DNA from: Thermoplasmatota archaeon | GTDB lineage: Archaea; Thermoplasmatota; E2; DHVEG-1; B18-G2 | Length of the DNA stretch: 64,000 nt | Reading direction: 5' to 3' | Assembly (NCBI GenBank): GCA_029259115.1 | Contig: JAPDJO010000002.1 | Span: forward strand, 1-64,000 | Shown here: positions 18,123-28,391 of the stretch, piece after piece | How the letters are laid out: every line of letters starts with the position of its first letter | Numbering within the stretch: position 1 is the stretch's first letter | Notes under the pieces: generated by a model | Seen by the model: the letters and a program-made list of their open reading frames with translations, nothing else | The model's database searches: none | What the model was told of the DNA's origin: nothing | Translations under genes and position numbers: made by a program

Positions 18123-20824
18123 GATCTTGTTTTGTAGAGATAAATACCTAGGAGGAGGATTATGAGTAGAGCAGATATCACCAGAAAGAGAATAGATGCT
18201 TGATAGTTTACCTTGGCAGCAATTATTTCTGTTTGAATCTTTTCCTCGGTCAGGGGATCTAAGGCAAAAACTCTCCCTGCAAACCCTATGAACAGCTTGT
18301 TGTCTGTCACAATGGGCGAGGATGTTACAGGGGTTGTCAAGAAGTTCATGGTGTTATCATCTATCGAGTATCTTGCTGAGAAGAACCATTCACATATTCC
18401 AGTTGTTTTATTTACAGCATATAACCTACCATCATCTGATCCAAAGAACACATAGTCTCCATATACAAATGGCGAGGACCTTATTGCTCCATTAGTTGAA
18501 AAGTTCCATATCAGAGAACCATCTTCTGCAGATATTGCATACAAGTTGTTATCCATCGAACCTATGTATATGATACCATCCTTTAAGTAGGGTCTCGTAT
18601 CTATGCCCCATCCACATCTGAATTTCCATTCTATGGCTCCATCTTTGATGTCTACAGCGTAGAGATTCCCATCCCAGCACGGGATGAATACTTTATCATC
18701 ATATATAAGAGGTTTCTCGGTTACAACACCATCGAGAGATAGGATCCATATCGCATTTCCATCCTTGTCTATAAAGTCACAATCTCTACCATCCGCTACG
18801 AATATCTTATCGCCATATATCTCTACATATGCTGGATAGTCTCCAGCATCCAATTCTTCTATAAGATTCCCTGCAGAATCAAAGATGTATATTTCGCCAT
18901 CATAACATCCAACAGCGATTAGATCTTTGCTCATATCAACTGAAGATACCCTCTTGTTATCTACTAGATCTACCAATTTCTTACCCTCGCTATCAAGAAT
19001 CAAACTTCCATTCTCGTATCCAACTATTACCTTCCCGTCCAGATAATCCAGATCCTCAGCTTCTCTGAACTCCTTTCTCCATTCGATTAACCCTATATCT
19101 TTATCCAAAGCTAGCAACTCATTTCTTGTTAAAGCGTATATGTACTTGTCTCCATTGACAATCTTCGGAGAAACATCGTTTCTCTCATCCTTATCCACAA
19201 CCATACTCCACGCAACTCTCGGAGAAAGCATCTTTTCTTCTAATCTCATAGATCTTGGTAATCTTTCTATCATATCTTTTTCAGACAACCCAAATATCCT
19301 GACCCATCCGGCTGGCTCAACGTTTGGCGGCGCCTCAAGATAATTATCTATACGTAGCTCAGTTGCATTCCAAGTTTTCCCTTCAGTATTTCCCCAGAAT
19401 GCCCATAACCCATTTTCCTTAACCAGATAAGAGTCTGTAACCTTACAATCAGATGCATAATCTCCAATTGGAGGCGTTGACATTATCCTTTTTACAACCT
19501 CGACATCTATCTTTCCGTAGTATTTTTTGCCAAGTTCCTCAAACTTGAGATCTCTGTCGCATGGGTAATACTTTCTAGTATAGTATTGATATCCCTCTGT
19601 TTTGAATATTATATGGAAAAGCTGGAATAATCTGCCTTGATATATTGCCGCTAGTCTTAACTGCTCTGCCCTAACCTTTTCGTCCATCAGATTGTTTGCA
19701 GACCAGTAAAATCCATCCCGAGTTCTCCAGACCTTATATCTGTAAAGTCCGAGATCCAGTCTAGCTATCTCTCCTGTTTTGGTATCTCCAATTAGCCATA
19801 CTGCTGGCCATACTCCGTTGCTGTTATGTCTAAGAGTATAGATAACGTCATCAATGCTGTTGCTATATTGTATAGCCTTTCTAGTTCTAACAGCTAGAGA
19901 GAGACCACTCTTGAACCATGGTCCCTGAGATGCGTATGTGGTATCGATAAATACTATACCATTCTCATTCTGGTAGAAGTTTTCATCACTCCAAATGTAT
20001 CCCGGAGCGGTACTCATCTGGAATCTGTAACCACTACTCGGATTTACGTCCAGTATAACATTCCATCTCTGCGCTATGTAATATGGGAACCACCAGCTTA
20101 CGGCACCAAAGAAGGTTGACTGAGCAATAACAATCTGACCATTTGTTGTTGCATTTCCTGTTGCTATAAAACCACTACATAAATCTACTGGAGGTTGAGA
20201 GAGCATTTCTTTGACAAATTCCATCTCATACTTTTCATTTAACTTTGGCACCACTCTTCTTAACGATTCAAACAGAGTTTTTAGAGGATGTATCCCTTTT
20301 TGGGGATTTGTTAATTGTTGCATGGTTTCGTACATCTCGTTGAGATTCAAGATATCCTCATAGGTTACATCTCTCCCAAATATCTTTACTCCTCTCGCTT
20401 TGACACCATCAGCTATTCCTCTTATCTCTTCCTTGTACTCAGGAGGAAAATCGGGCCAGAATACCTTCATTGCCCTTCTCTTGCAGAAGTTCCACCAAAG
20501 CTCGGAGGTTTTGTTGTATAGGCTTGTGCTTGGCTGACCCGTAAACATCCCTACTATCGGCATTTTGTGAACAATGTTACTCCATCTGGTTATCATATCG
20601 GCTATCTCATGAGCCAAAAGATATCCATGCTGAAAACCCCTCTCATAGGGATCTCCTTCTATGTATACATAGATCCACCCTCCGACGTTGTATCTATAGC
20701 CTCTGTTTATTGAGAGAGCACTTTCTGTAAAGGAAATTTTTGCATCTGTTTCTTCGTGTCCCAAGGAGATAGTTATTGGGGAGAGAATGAAAGCAGACAA
20801 GATTATAACAACTGCCTTATACAT
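18119..20824 (-). CDS. Secreted membrane-anchored Ntn-hydrolase (C45/phospholipase B-like) with PQQ-like beta-propeller repeats
   Basis: Signal peptide, GDPYERGFQHGYLLA, nucleophile region DLCSGFIATG, repeats such as GSMDNNLYAISAEDGSLIW and GSDDGRLYAVNKTTG, C-terminal TM helix. Confidence 0.75.
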   Translation of the reverse strand: MYKAVVIILSAFILSPITISLGHEETDAKISFTESALSINRGYRYNVGGWIYVYIEGDPYERGFQHGYLLAHEIADMITRWSNIVHKMPIVGMFTGQPSTSLYNKTSELWWNFCKRRAMKVFWPDFPPEYKEEIRGIADGVKARGVKIFGRDVTYEDILNLNEMYETMQQLTNPQKGIHPLKTLFESLRRVVPKLNEKYEMEFVKEMLSQPPVDLCSGFIATGNATTNGQIVIAQSTFFGAVSWWFPYYIAQRWNVILDVNPSSGYRFQMSTAPGYIWSDENFYQNENGIVFIDTTYASQGPWFKSGLSLAVRTRKAIQYSNSIDDVIYTLRHNSNGVWPAVWLIGDTKTGEIARLDLGLYRYKVWRTRDGFYWSANNLMDEKVRAEQLRLAAIYQGRLFQLFHIIFKTEGYQYYTRKYYPCDRDLKFEELGKKYYGKIDVEVVKRIMSTPPIGDYASDCKVTDSYLVKENGLWAFWGNTEGKTWNATELRIDNYLEAPPNVEPAGWVRIFGLSEKDMIERLPRSMRLEEKMLSPRVAWSMVVDKDERNDVSPKIVNGDKYIYALTRNELLALDKDIGLIEWRKEFREAEDLDYLDGKVIVGYENGSLILDSEGKKLVDLVDNKRVSSVDMSKDLIAVGCYDGEIYIFDSAGNLIEELDAGDYPAYVEIYGDKIFVADGRDCDFIDKDGNAIWILSLDGVVTEKPLIYDDKVFIPCWDGNLYAVDIKDGAIEWKFRCGWGIDTRPYLKDGIIYIGSMDNNLYAISAEDGSLIWNFSTNGAIRSSPFVYGDYVFFGSDDGRLYAVNKTTGICEWFFSARYSIDDNTMNFLTTPVTSSPIVTDNKLFIGFAGRVFALDPLTEEKIQTEIIAAKVNYQASILFLVISALLIILLLGIYLYKTRS

Positions 20825-20907
20825 CCTATACCACCGATCCTCCCAATTTATAAATGCATACTGTTCTTTTCTATCAACTAGCTTATATATTAAATTTTCC
20901 TTAAAAA

Positions 20908-21291
20908 TTAGTGCCTCTTGAAATAAAAAACATACTTTGTTGGTATCCTTCTCTTAATCCCTGACCTATATCCACATTTCCTACATATAAATTCTGTTTT
21001 TGTAATCTCTCCCCAAATGTCCTTCCTACCTATTACCTCTATCCTATTGTCGCAAACAGGACATCTATCCAGATTGAATATATCCCTACTTTCCCTCGTA
21101 AGTATTTTTAGATTTACAATCCCGCTATCTATTGCAATCTTTCTCAATCTTCTCTCACCTACCGATTTTCCTCTCAAAAGCTTGGATAACAATTCCTTTA
21201 ATCTCCTCTGGGACGATATCACTTTATGTTCCTTTGATATACTAGATAATGCTTCGACTATCTCTTGCTGAGAAGCAAAATTTCTTTTCAT
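20908..21291 (-). CDS. Basic hypothetical protein with C-terminal Zn ribbon
   Basis: CPVC...CRKC. Lys/Arg-rich. Follows the CBS genes on the same strand. Confidence 0.65.
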   Translation of the reverse strand: MKRNFASQQEIVEALSSISKEHKVISSQRRLKELLSKLLRGKSVGERRLRKIAIDSGIVNLKILTRESRDIFNLDRCPVCDNRIEVIGRKDIWGEITKTEFICRKCGYRSGIKRRIPTKYVFYFKRH

Positions 21292-21314
21292 TCAAATTAC
21301 TAAAGTTTAATTAC

Positions 21315-22097
21315 CTACTTCAAGGTTTTGATAAGATCTGTTCTTGTTACGATTCCATGTAGTTTTTCCTCGACTATGGGTAAACAGCCTATATTTTTCT
21401 CGAGCATACGCTTTGCAGCATCCTTAATTTTAATATCTGGCTTCGCAGTTATGGCTGGTGAGTTCATTGCATTCTCTACACTAAGTTCCTCTATCTGATG
21501 TTTTTGATGCCTATAAGGAATACTTCTCTTCAAATTAGCGAAAGCTCTTGCTATATCCATTTCTGCTATTATCCCTAAGACCTTACTCTCTCGCACAACA
21601 GGCAATCTTGCTATGTTGTTTTCAATCAATAACCTCCTAGCGTGTATAACCCTATCACTTGGCTCGACCGTTATCACATTCCTGGTCATTATTTCCTTTA
21701 CTAACCCCTCACTTTTGACAAGAGGTAGCAGATCCGCTTTTGTGACAACGCCTACAAGTTTATCATTTTCCAAGACAGGAAGCATGGTCAAGCCGGGAAG
21801 ACCAACAGTTCTTATTATCTCTTTAACCGGCGTATCAGGACTAACGGTATCAAAATCTCTAACCATCACAGAAGAAGCATGTAGATGGGCAGGGTTTACG
21901 TCTCTTTTTCTAAGAGAACCCAACTTATAGGCTATTTCCCCATCTGTGACAATCCCCACAAGTTTTCCATCTTCTAGTACAGGGATTTTTGTTATATCAT
22001 GCTTTTCCATTAGATATAATATGTGCTCCAAATCCGCGTTTTTATCTACATATATCACATCCTCTGTCATTATATCTCTAACTTCCAACTCCTCCAT
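21315..22097 (-). CDS. CBS-domain protein (4 CBS repeats)
   Basis: Repeated VRDIMT...IPVLEDGKLVGIVT-type motifs, four copies. Confidence 0.9.
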   Translation of the reverse strand: MEELEVRDIMTEDVIYVDKNADLEHILYLMEKHDITKIPVLEDGKLVGIVTDGEIAYKLGSLRKRDVNPAHLHASSVMVRDFDTVSPDTPVKEIIRTVGLPGLTMLPVLENDKLVGVVTKADLLPLVKSEGLVKEIMTRNVITVEPSDRVIHARRLLIENNIARLPVVRESKVLGIIAEMDIARAFANLKRSIPYRHQKHQIEELSVENAMNSPAITAKPDIKIKDAAKRMLEKNIGCLPIVEEKLHGIVTRTDLIKTLK

Positions 22098-22110
22098 CTA
22101 AAAACCTCCT

Positions 22111-22653
22111 CTATCCCTCCCTACAATCCTCACACAAAAACTTACCATCTATCTCAACTAGGTCTGCCGATAATTTTCCACACCCCTCGCATTTCCCGAA
22201 TATCGATATCTGAGAGGAGACAGTAGGTAAAGCCCCCTCGATTAAGCTCCACTCCTTGCTTATCTCCAGAAGCGCTGGAGAAATCCTAAAAAGGTCTTTC
22301 TCAGTCACGATGCCTGTAAGCTTACCCTTCTCAACAACAGGCAATCTTCTTATGTTATGTTTACTCATTATTTTCATCGCATCTTCTATTGTTACATAGG
22401 GATCTATGGTTATCAAAGGTGTACTCATAACTTCTTCTACCTTGACCTTATTGGCATCCCTTCCCTCAGCAACTACTTTTCCAAGTATGTCGCTCTCAGT
22501 TATTATTCCTATGGGCTTCCTTTTACTTATGACGATACTGCTTCCCACCTTATTTTTCCTCATGGATTTGGCTACTTTTTTCACAGTATCTGATGGAGAG
22601 CATGTTAAAATCTTTGTCCTCATTGCTTCCTTCACTAGCAAATCTCTTTTCAT
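22111..22653 (-). CDS. CBS-pair protein with C-terminal Zn finger
   Basis: Two CBS motifs (PIGIITESD, RRLPVVEKGKLTGIVT) plus CEGC...LCEDC. Confidence 0.88.
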   Translation of the reverse strand: MKRDLLVKEAMRTKILTCSPSDTVKKVAKSMRKNKVGSSIVISKRKPIGIITESDILGKVVAEGRDANKVKVEEVMSTPLITIDPYVTIEDAMKIMSKHNIRRLPVVEKGKLTGIVTEKDLFRISPALLEISKEWSLIEGALPTVSSQISIFGKCEGCGKLSADLVEIDGKFLCEDCREG

Positions 22654-22707
22654 CTTATCTCAATATCTGGAAAACCATTAAAATACTTTTTTTATTAAGT
22701 AAAATAG

Positions 22708-23220
22708 ATGTCTGCTAGCAATTATGAGAGAGAATTGAGATCGATACTCAGGGGCGATAAAGAAACTATAGAGATTGTAACAAAAACATGTTCTGAAGAC
22801 GAGAGGAAGAAATATTCCAAGATACTAGAAAGACCCTTCGCTACAGTAAGGGCGGCAGGCTCTTATGGAGTGGATTTAGTTGCAGTGAGGGGCGATATCT
22901 CCATGTTAATAGAGATTAAATCAAGCATATCTGACAAGATACATTTCAGTAGTGTGAAAGGAAAACTTCAAAAGCAAGCCCAGAAAATGAGAGAAGAATG
23001 TGAGAGGGCCAAAGTTTTGCCAGTATATGCGTTTAGATTGAAGAAACAGAGAGGAGATGCATGGAGATTGTTCACTCTTGATATGGAGGGTCTTGAGGGT
23101 AAGGCGAAAGAAATACATGATAAATTACCAAAACTCAAACTCACAAAAGATCGAAATCTCATTATGAAATGGAGTGAAGGTTTACCTCTCTCAGAATTTA
23201 TAGACATGCTAGCAAAATAA
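22708..23220 (+). CDS. hjc: Holliday junction resolvase (Hjc family)
   Basis: YEREL, VRAAGS, GVDLVA and IEIKS: PD-(D/E)xK motifs. Confidence 0.82.
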   Translation: MSASNYERELRSILRGDKETIEIVTKTCSEDERKKYSKILERPFATVRAAGSYGVDLVAVRGDISMLIEIKSSISDKIHFSSVKGKLQKQAQKMREECERAKVLPVYAFRLKKQRGDAWRLFTLDMEGLEGKAKEIHDKLPKLKLTKDRNLIMKWSEGLPLSEFIDMLAK

Positions 23221-23255
23221 CAAAGTATTTAGATTCCTATTCTATTTCTCTGAAC

Positions 23256-23693
23256 ATGAAAATATTGATAGCGTATGATGGCTCAGATTCTTCAAAGAAG
23301 GCCGTAGAGCTTGTCGGGAAGATAGCAAAGGAAGATGATGAAGTCATTCTACTAACCGTCATACCTGCAGAGCTATTGTCATCGACATTCACAAAGATGC
23401 TTCTGCCAACCATAGATTTAAGTTCCGTAGCAAAGGATAGCTCTTTCAAGGAAAGGGCAGAGGAAACGCTAAGAGAGGCTGCCAAAAAGATAGAGAATAA
23501 GGTTGCAAAAATTGAAACAATAGTTGAGACGGGAGATCCTGCTGACGAGATACTGGTTACAGCCAAGAGCAAGGCATGCGATCTCATAGTAGTTGGTTAT
23601 AAAGGCTATGGAAGAGAAGGAAGATTTCTCATCGGAAGTGTAACAGATAAAGTAGTCAGGCATGCATACTGTTCTGTAATGGTAGTGAGATAG
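23256..23693 (+). CDS. uspA: Universal stress protein
   Basis: KILIAYDGS, GDPADEI, DLIVVG, IGSVTDKVVRHA. Confidence 0.92.
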   Translation: MKILIAYDGSDSSKKAVELVGKIAKEDDEVILLTVIPAELLSSTFTKMLLPTIDLSSVAKDSSFKERAEETLREAAKKIENKVAKIETIVETGDPADEILVTAKSKACDLIVVGYKGYGREGRFLIGSVTDKVVRHAYCSVMVVR

Positions 23694-23697
23694 AGAT

Positions 23698-24870
23698 ATG
23701 CACCCGTCTGAAGAAATAAAATTCGAGAAGAGTACAAGCCTCAAGAACAAAAGAATTTGCCTCTGTTTAACTGGTAGTGTAGCCTGTGTAGAATCCTTCT
23801 ATCTTTGTAGAGATCTGATAAGGCACGGTGCAGAGGTAAATGTTTTCATGACAGAATCTACAACAAGGCTGATACATCCAGATCTTATGGAGTTCGCATC
23901 TGGTAAAAAACCAATTTTAGAATTGACAGGAAGGACAGAGCATATCACTTTATGTAGCGATTGTGATCTGGTGATTGTTTCTCCATGCACAGCGAATACA
24001 ATATCAAAGATTGCCCTCGGAATAGCGGATAATCCTGTTACTACATGCGTAACTACGGCTCTCGGTTATGGAATACCCGTAATTATAGTACCTGCTATGC
24101 ATCTCTCTCTGATGAAAAACAAAGCTGTGGAAAGAAATATTAAGAAACTCGAGAGGTTAGGCTGTAAGGTCTTGAAACCTAGAATTGAGAAAGAAAGAGC
24201 AAAAATAGCAGATAGAGAAATGATAATCGCGAATGCTATAAGATTGGTTGGCAAGAGAGATCTAGAGGATAAAAATATTCTTATTATAGGCGGAGCAAGT
24301 GCGGAAAGGATAGACGATATAAGAGTCATAACAAACAGAAGCTCTGGAAAATTTTCTATAGAGCTTGCGAGAGAGGCATTCGAGAGAGGAGCAAACGTTG
24401 AGCTATGGTATGGCTGGATGAAAGAAAAGATACCATCCTACATTAGAACGAAAGAGTTCGAGAGCGTTAAAGATCTTTCAGATATGGTAAAATACACCAA
24501 AAAATTTGATTTTATAATAGTCTGTGCAGCCCTCTCTAATTACATTCCTAGAGCTTTGGATGGGAAGATACCATCAGGAATAAAAGGTTTAACACTGGAT
24601 TTGGAAACAGCCCCTACGATTATAGACGAGATCAGAAAGATCTGCAAGAAGGGAAAAATTATAGTATTTAAAGCTGAAGAAAGAGAGGATAAGTTGATAG
24701 AAAAATGCAAAGATCTCTCTAATAACTTCTATATGGTGGTGGGAAATCTAATCACATCCTTTGGTAAGGAAGATACGACTATTTGGATATTCAAGAAAGG
24801 AAAGATGAAAAAGGTAAGCGGAAATAAAAAGGACTTGGCGAGGCATATAATAGATATCATGGTGAGTTAG
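23698..24870 (+). CDS. coaBC: Bifunctional phosphopantothenoylcysteine decarboxylase/synthetase
   Basis: LTGSVA, PCTANTISKIALGIADN, PAMH, ERIDDIRVITNRSSG. Confidence 0.92.
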   Translation: MHPSEEIKFEKSTSLKNKRICLCLTGSVACVESFYLCRDLIRHGAEVNVFMTESTTRLIHPDLMEFASGKKPILELTGRTEHITLCSDCDLVIVSPCTANTISKIALGIADNPVTTCVTTALGYGIPVIIVPAMHLSLMKNKAVERNIKKLERLGCKVLKPRIEKERAKIADREMIIANAIRLVGKRDLEDKNILIIGGASAERIDDIRVITNRSSGKFSIELAREAFERGANVELWYGWMKEKIPSYIRTKEFESVKDLSDMVKYTKKFDFIIVCAALSNYIPRALDGKIPSGIKGLTLDLETAPTIIDEIRKICKKGKIIVFKAEEREDKLIEKCKDLSNNFYMVVGNLITSFGKEDTTIWIFKKGKMKKVSGNKKDLARHIIDIMVS

Positions 24871-24872
24871 AT

Positions 24873-25742
24873 ATGGAAGAAAGTCCAACCGTTTTCGTAC
24901 CAGCTCACATAACAGCATTCTTTGAACCCCACTATGATAAAAATCCTCTCAAATCTGGATCAAGAGGTGCTGGTTTTTGCATAAATTTAGGATCAAGAGT
25001 CAAAGCATATGTATCAAGATCAAGATTTCAAAGCATAGAGATTTTTATAAATGGGAAAAAGAGCGATGCTATCACAACGTTAACCGCTGTTAAAAACATT
25101 ATAGGAAAAGAACCTTTCAAAGTCAAGATAGACATAAAGCAAGACCTTCCCACCTCACAAGGATTCGGAATGAGCGGCGCTGGCGCCTTAGGCGCAAGTT
25201 TAGCCTTATCTAGCATTTTTGGTATAGATAGGATAACTGCTATTAAGGTAGCTCATATAGCCGAAGTCATGTGCAGAACTGGCTTGGGAGATGTTATAGC
25301 TCAGGCATTTGGTGGAATAGAAGTGAGGAAAAGTCCAGGCCTTCCTCCTTGGGGAATGGTTGAGCATATACCTGGGGATTTTGAAATAGTCTTATGCGTG
25401 ATTGGCAGCAGATTGAAGACAGCTGATATACTGAGGAGAGAGGATATTTTAAAGAAAATAATCATGAAAGGAAAGTATTGTGTGAATTCTCTTCTAGAGA
25501 ATCCATCTATAGAGAATCTTCTATCTTTGTCTCAGGAATTTATGAAATCTACAGGCATAGCAACCGAAAGAATCGAGAAAGCTGTTGATATAGCTAGCAA
25601 TTATGGCAGAGCATCTATGTGTATGATAGGCAATTCTGTATTTGCGGTTGGAGAGACACAAATGCTAGAGAATATACTCTCAAACTTTGGTAAAATTTAC
25701 AAAGCCAGGATAGATCCTTATGGGGCTAGAATTATAGACTAA
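24873..25742 (+). CDS. Pantoate kinase (GHMP family)
   Basis: FVPAHITAFF, GSRGAG, PTSQGFGMSGA, AHIAEV..TGLGDV. Adjacent to coaBC. Confidence 0.88.
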   Translation: MEESPTVFVPAHITAFFEPHYDKNPLKSGSRGAGFCINLGSRVKAYVSRSRFQSIEIFINGKKSDAITTLTAVKNIIGKEPFKVKIDIKQDLPTSQGFGMSGAGALGASLALSSIFGIDRITAIKVAHIAEVMCRTGLGDVIAQAFGGIEVRKSPGLPPWGMVEHIPGDFEIVLCVIGSRLKTADILRREDILKKIIMKGKYCVNSLLENPSIENLLSLSQEFMKSTGIATERIEKAVDIASNYGRASMCMIGNSVFAVGETQMLENILSNFGKIYKARIDPYGARIID

Positions 25743-26326
25743 ATCTCTCTTTTCTTGCCAGAAGCTATTTCGAGAAGTTCTTTTTCTCCATCGGCCGGAC
25801 CTTTAGCGAAGAGAATATCTCCAGCCAGTATCTTTGTATCACCATTAGGCCCATATTTCCATTTGTTTCCTCTCCTTATTGCTATCACTGTCATGCCAGT
25901 TTCGCTTGCCAATCTTATTTCCCCCAATGTTTTGTTGCATAGTATGGAATTTTCGGATACCTCAACTCTGGTAAAAACGGTATCAGATTCCTTTATGCTC
26001 TCTTTTATGATGGGATGAAGCTCAACATCTCTCAGTTCAACATCAGCTATCTCTTGAGCAGCATCAGCTATCTGTTCTCCAGAATCTACTAGTCTTAGTA
26101 GAACAAGAGATTCGTCCACATCTATCTCTCCTTCCTTTAATTTATTGAGTATTATCCTGTAAATAGTTTGATGTAGAGAATCGACATAATCTTCGAGATC
26201 ATATACCTCCTGGGCTATCCTTCTATTATCATAGAGTAGAGAGGAGTAAGCCAAATCTATCATTAATTCCGATTTATCCTTCACTTCCAGTATCAGATCC
26301 TCAAGGTCTACCTCTTTCTCTTTCAA
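25739..26326 (-). CDS. PhoU-like plus TrkA_C domain protein
   Basis: KDKSELMIDLAYSSLLY, EQIADAA, TGMTVIAIRRG, ILAGDILF. Confidence 0.82.
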   Translation of the reverse strand: MKEKEVDLEDLILEVKDKSELMIDLAYSSLLYDNRRIAQEVYDLEDYVDSLHQTIYRIILNKLKEGEIDVDESLVLLRLVDSGEQIADAAQEIADVELRDVELHPIIKESIKESDTVFTRVEVSENSILCNKTLGEIRLASETGMTVIAIRRGNKWKYGPNGDTKILAGDILFAKGPADGEKELLEIASGKKREI

Positions 26327-26982
26327 TCCAGATCCCTCCTCTTACCCTTTATGAAATCTCTTAAATTCTTGTACCCATCTTCATCTCCTCTGAGTATCAG
26401 AGTATCACCCTCTTTTAATACAGTGTGACTACCTGGATCGTAGATCCAATAATCCTTCCTTCTTATAGCTATGATCTTGATTCCGGTTTCAGTCTCTACT
26501 TTCAAATCTCCTATACTCCTATTTTTAGCTGGAGAATCTTTCGGTATCTTTATTTTGAATATCTTCTCTTCAGCCTCTTTTAGTATCTTAGACAAAAACT
26601 TTATCTTATCCTTACCAAGAGAAAGAATCTTGACTATATCCCCAGCAGCATTTGATAAAGATTCAGCAGCTTCGGCAACCTGTAATATTCCTGATAGTTT
26701 CTCGGCGTCTTCTTTGGTCCTTGCAGCCATCATCGCTATTAACCTTATCTCATAGTTAAGATGATCCATCCTAGCCTCTAGATACTTTACTTCTTCAGCA
26801 ATCTCTTCATCCTGAAAAATGAGAGAAGAATATGCTAGATCTATTATCAATTCGGAAATATTCTTCATCTCTGTAAGAATATCCTTTATTGAAAGGGCTT
26901 TGTATTCAACTTCCTCGAACTCGACCTGTCTCCATTTTGGGGTTTTTTGCAGTCTTCCTAATATACCTAGACGCTTTTTCAT
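26323..26982 (-). CDS. PhoU-like plus TrkA_C domain protein (paralog)
   Basis: MKNISELIIDLAYSSL, AESLSNAAGDI, TGIKIIAIRR, LKEGDTLILRG. Confidence 0.82.
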   Translation of the reverse strand: MKKRLGILGRLQKTPKWRQVEFEEVEYKALSIKDILTEMKNISELIIDLAYSSLIFQDEEIAEEVKYLEARMDHLNYEIRLIAMMAARTKEDAEKLSGILQVAEAAESLSNAAGDIVKILSLGKDKIKFLSKILKEAEEKIFKIKIPKDSPAKNRSIGDLKVETETGIKIIAIRRKDYWIYDPGSHTVLKEGDTLILRGDEDGYKNLRDFIKGKRRDLD

Positions 26983-27022
26983 CTCAGTACCTCTCTAATA
27001 ACCTAATATCTTTTCTACTTTT

Positions 27023-28264
27023 TTATATCATCTTCAGCATTACAAGAACGCTAACGAGACATACAGATCCCACGAGATCTATTACGCTTGTTATTATAGG
27101 AATTGTAACGTTATCGGGATCTATCCCTTTCTTGAATGAAAGTATAGCTGTATAGTATGTGACGAAATTTACAATGATTGTTAGAATTTCTCCAGCTAGG
27201 ATAGATACAATCAAAATGTCTGCAAAGGGAAGAGTCTGAATATCTAGAAGATGAGCTGATAAGTATCCAAATACCGCCACCATAGAGAATACAAATATTG
27301 ATAGAGTATGAGAAAGCAGAAACAACCTCAGAACACCTCTTGAAAATAGTTTCTCGTATTCAAGCGTACCCAAATGCAATGCAGATGATAATCTAGAAGC
27401 GAGAATACCTCCTATTGCGCCGCCATCCTCGAGAAATGGAGGTATCAAAATCAAAAGACCAGGTATTGCAATGAAACCTTCTATTCTAGATGTAAGAGCA
27501 GATCCTGAGAACACACCCAATACTCCACATATCAAAAGTATTGGTAAACTTTCCTTGACTATCCTCGAATAAATCTCCCTGCTCTTATCGAACTTGATGT
27601 AAGGTAAAACGAAAATCAAAATGATTAGTATAATGACTAAGATATCTTTTACAGTCTCATCCATACTCATCACAGGTAGCATTGATAGAAACATGAATGG
27701 AAGGGTGACCATATCACCTATAAGCGTTATTATAGGGGCAGTGGTATTGTCTGGATCCCAACCTTTTTTGAAAGAGAGAAAGGCTATCAAAAAAGTCAGA
27801 AAGAGCATTATGAATGCTGATAATACGCCTGCTATTACGGATATTAAGATCAAATCTTGGAAGGTTGCGGATATTCCCATGATATTGGCGACTATTGCAG
27901 AGAGGAAACCAAGGAAAATGCTAGTGAATCCTGTGAGAGCGAGAGATGAGCTTACATTTTGAGATAGAACGGGATTCATCTTGAAGCTGGGCTCTATCTC
28001 TCCAGTATGCAGATATGTACCCAATCTAGATCCTAGAGATGCGAATATATTTCCTCTCATTCCTATGGTTGGAGGAATGAGTATCAATAAAGCAGGAAGC
28101 ATCTTCAAGTGGCCTGTAAAAGTACCTATCACAATCCCAGTAATCAGATCTCCAACGGTGCATAAAAATAATGAGAATAAACTTTCAAAAAAATCTCTAC
28201 CAAATATACTTCGGGCTATGGAGATGGCTGGAATAGAGATCGAAATCTTCTTTACCATCTCCAT
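27023..28264 (-). CDS. MgtE-like divalent cation transporter (duplicated membrane domain)
   Basis: PPTIGMRGNIFASLGSRLGTYLHTG and two DPDN..P..T...D motifs. Confidence 0.85.
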   Translation of the reverse strand: MEMVKKISISIPAISIARSIFGRDFFESLFSLFLCTVGDLITGIVIGTFTGHLKMLPALLILIPPTIGMRGNIFASLGSRLGTYLHTGEIEPSFKMNPVLSQNVSSSLALTGFTSIFLGFLSAIVANIMGISATFQDLILISVIAGVLSAFIMLFLTFLIAFLSFKKGWDPDNTTAPIITLIGDMVTLPFMFLSMLPVMSMDETVKDILVIILIILIFVLPYIKFDKSREIYSRIVKESLPILLICGVLGVFSGSALTSRIEGFIAIPGLLILIPPFLEDGGAIGGILASRLSSALHLGTLEYEKLFSRGVLRLFLLSHTLSIFVFSMVAVFGYLSAHLLDIQTLPFADILIVSILAGEILTIIVNFVTYYTAILSFKKGIDPDNVTIPIITSVIDLVGSVCLVSVLVMLKMI

Positions 28265-28391
28265 AGCATCCCTGCCTTGGATTATCTGCGATTAGCATTC
28301 TATTAGGCGGTCTATCACTATCTCCTTTCATAGGCCTTTAACCGCTCCTTTTTAAAAGTAAGAAATAAAGCCTTTATATAGGTTTTTAAAT

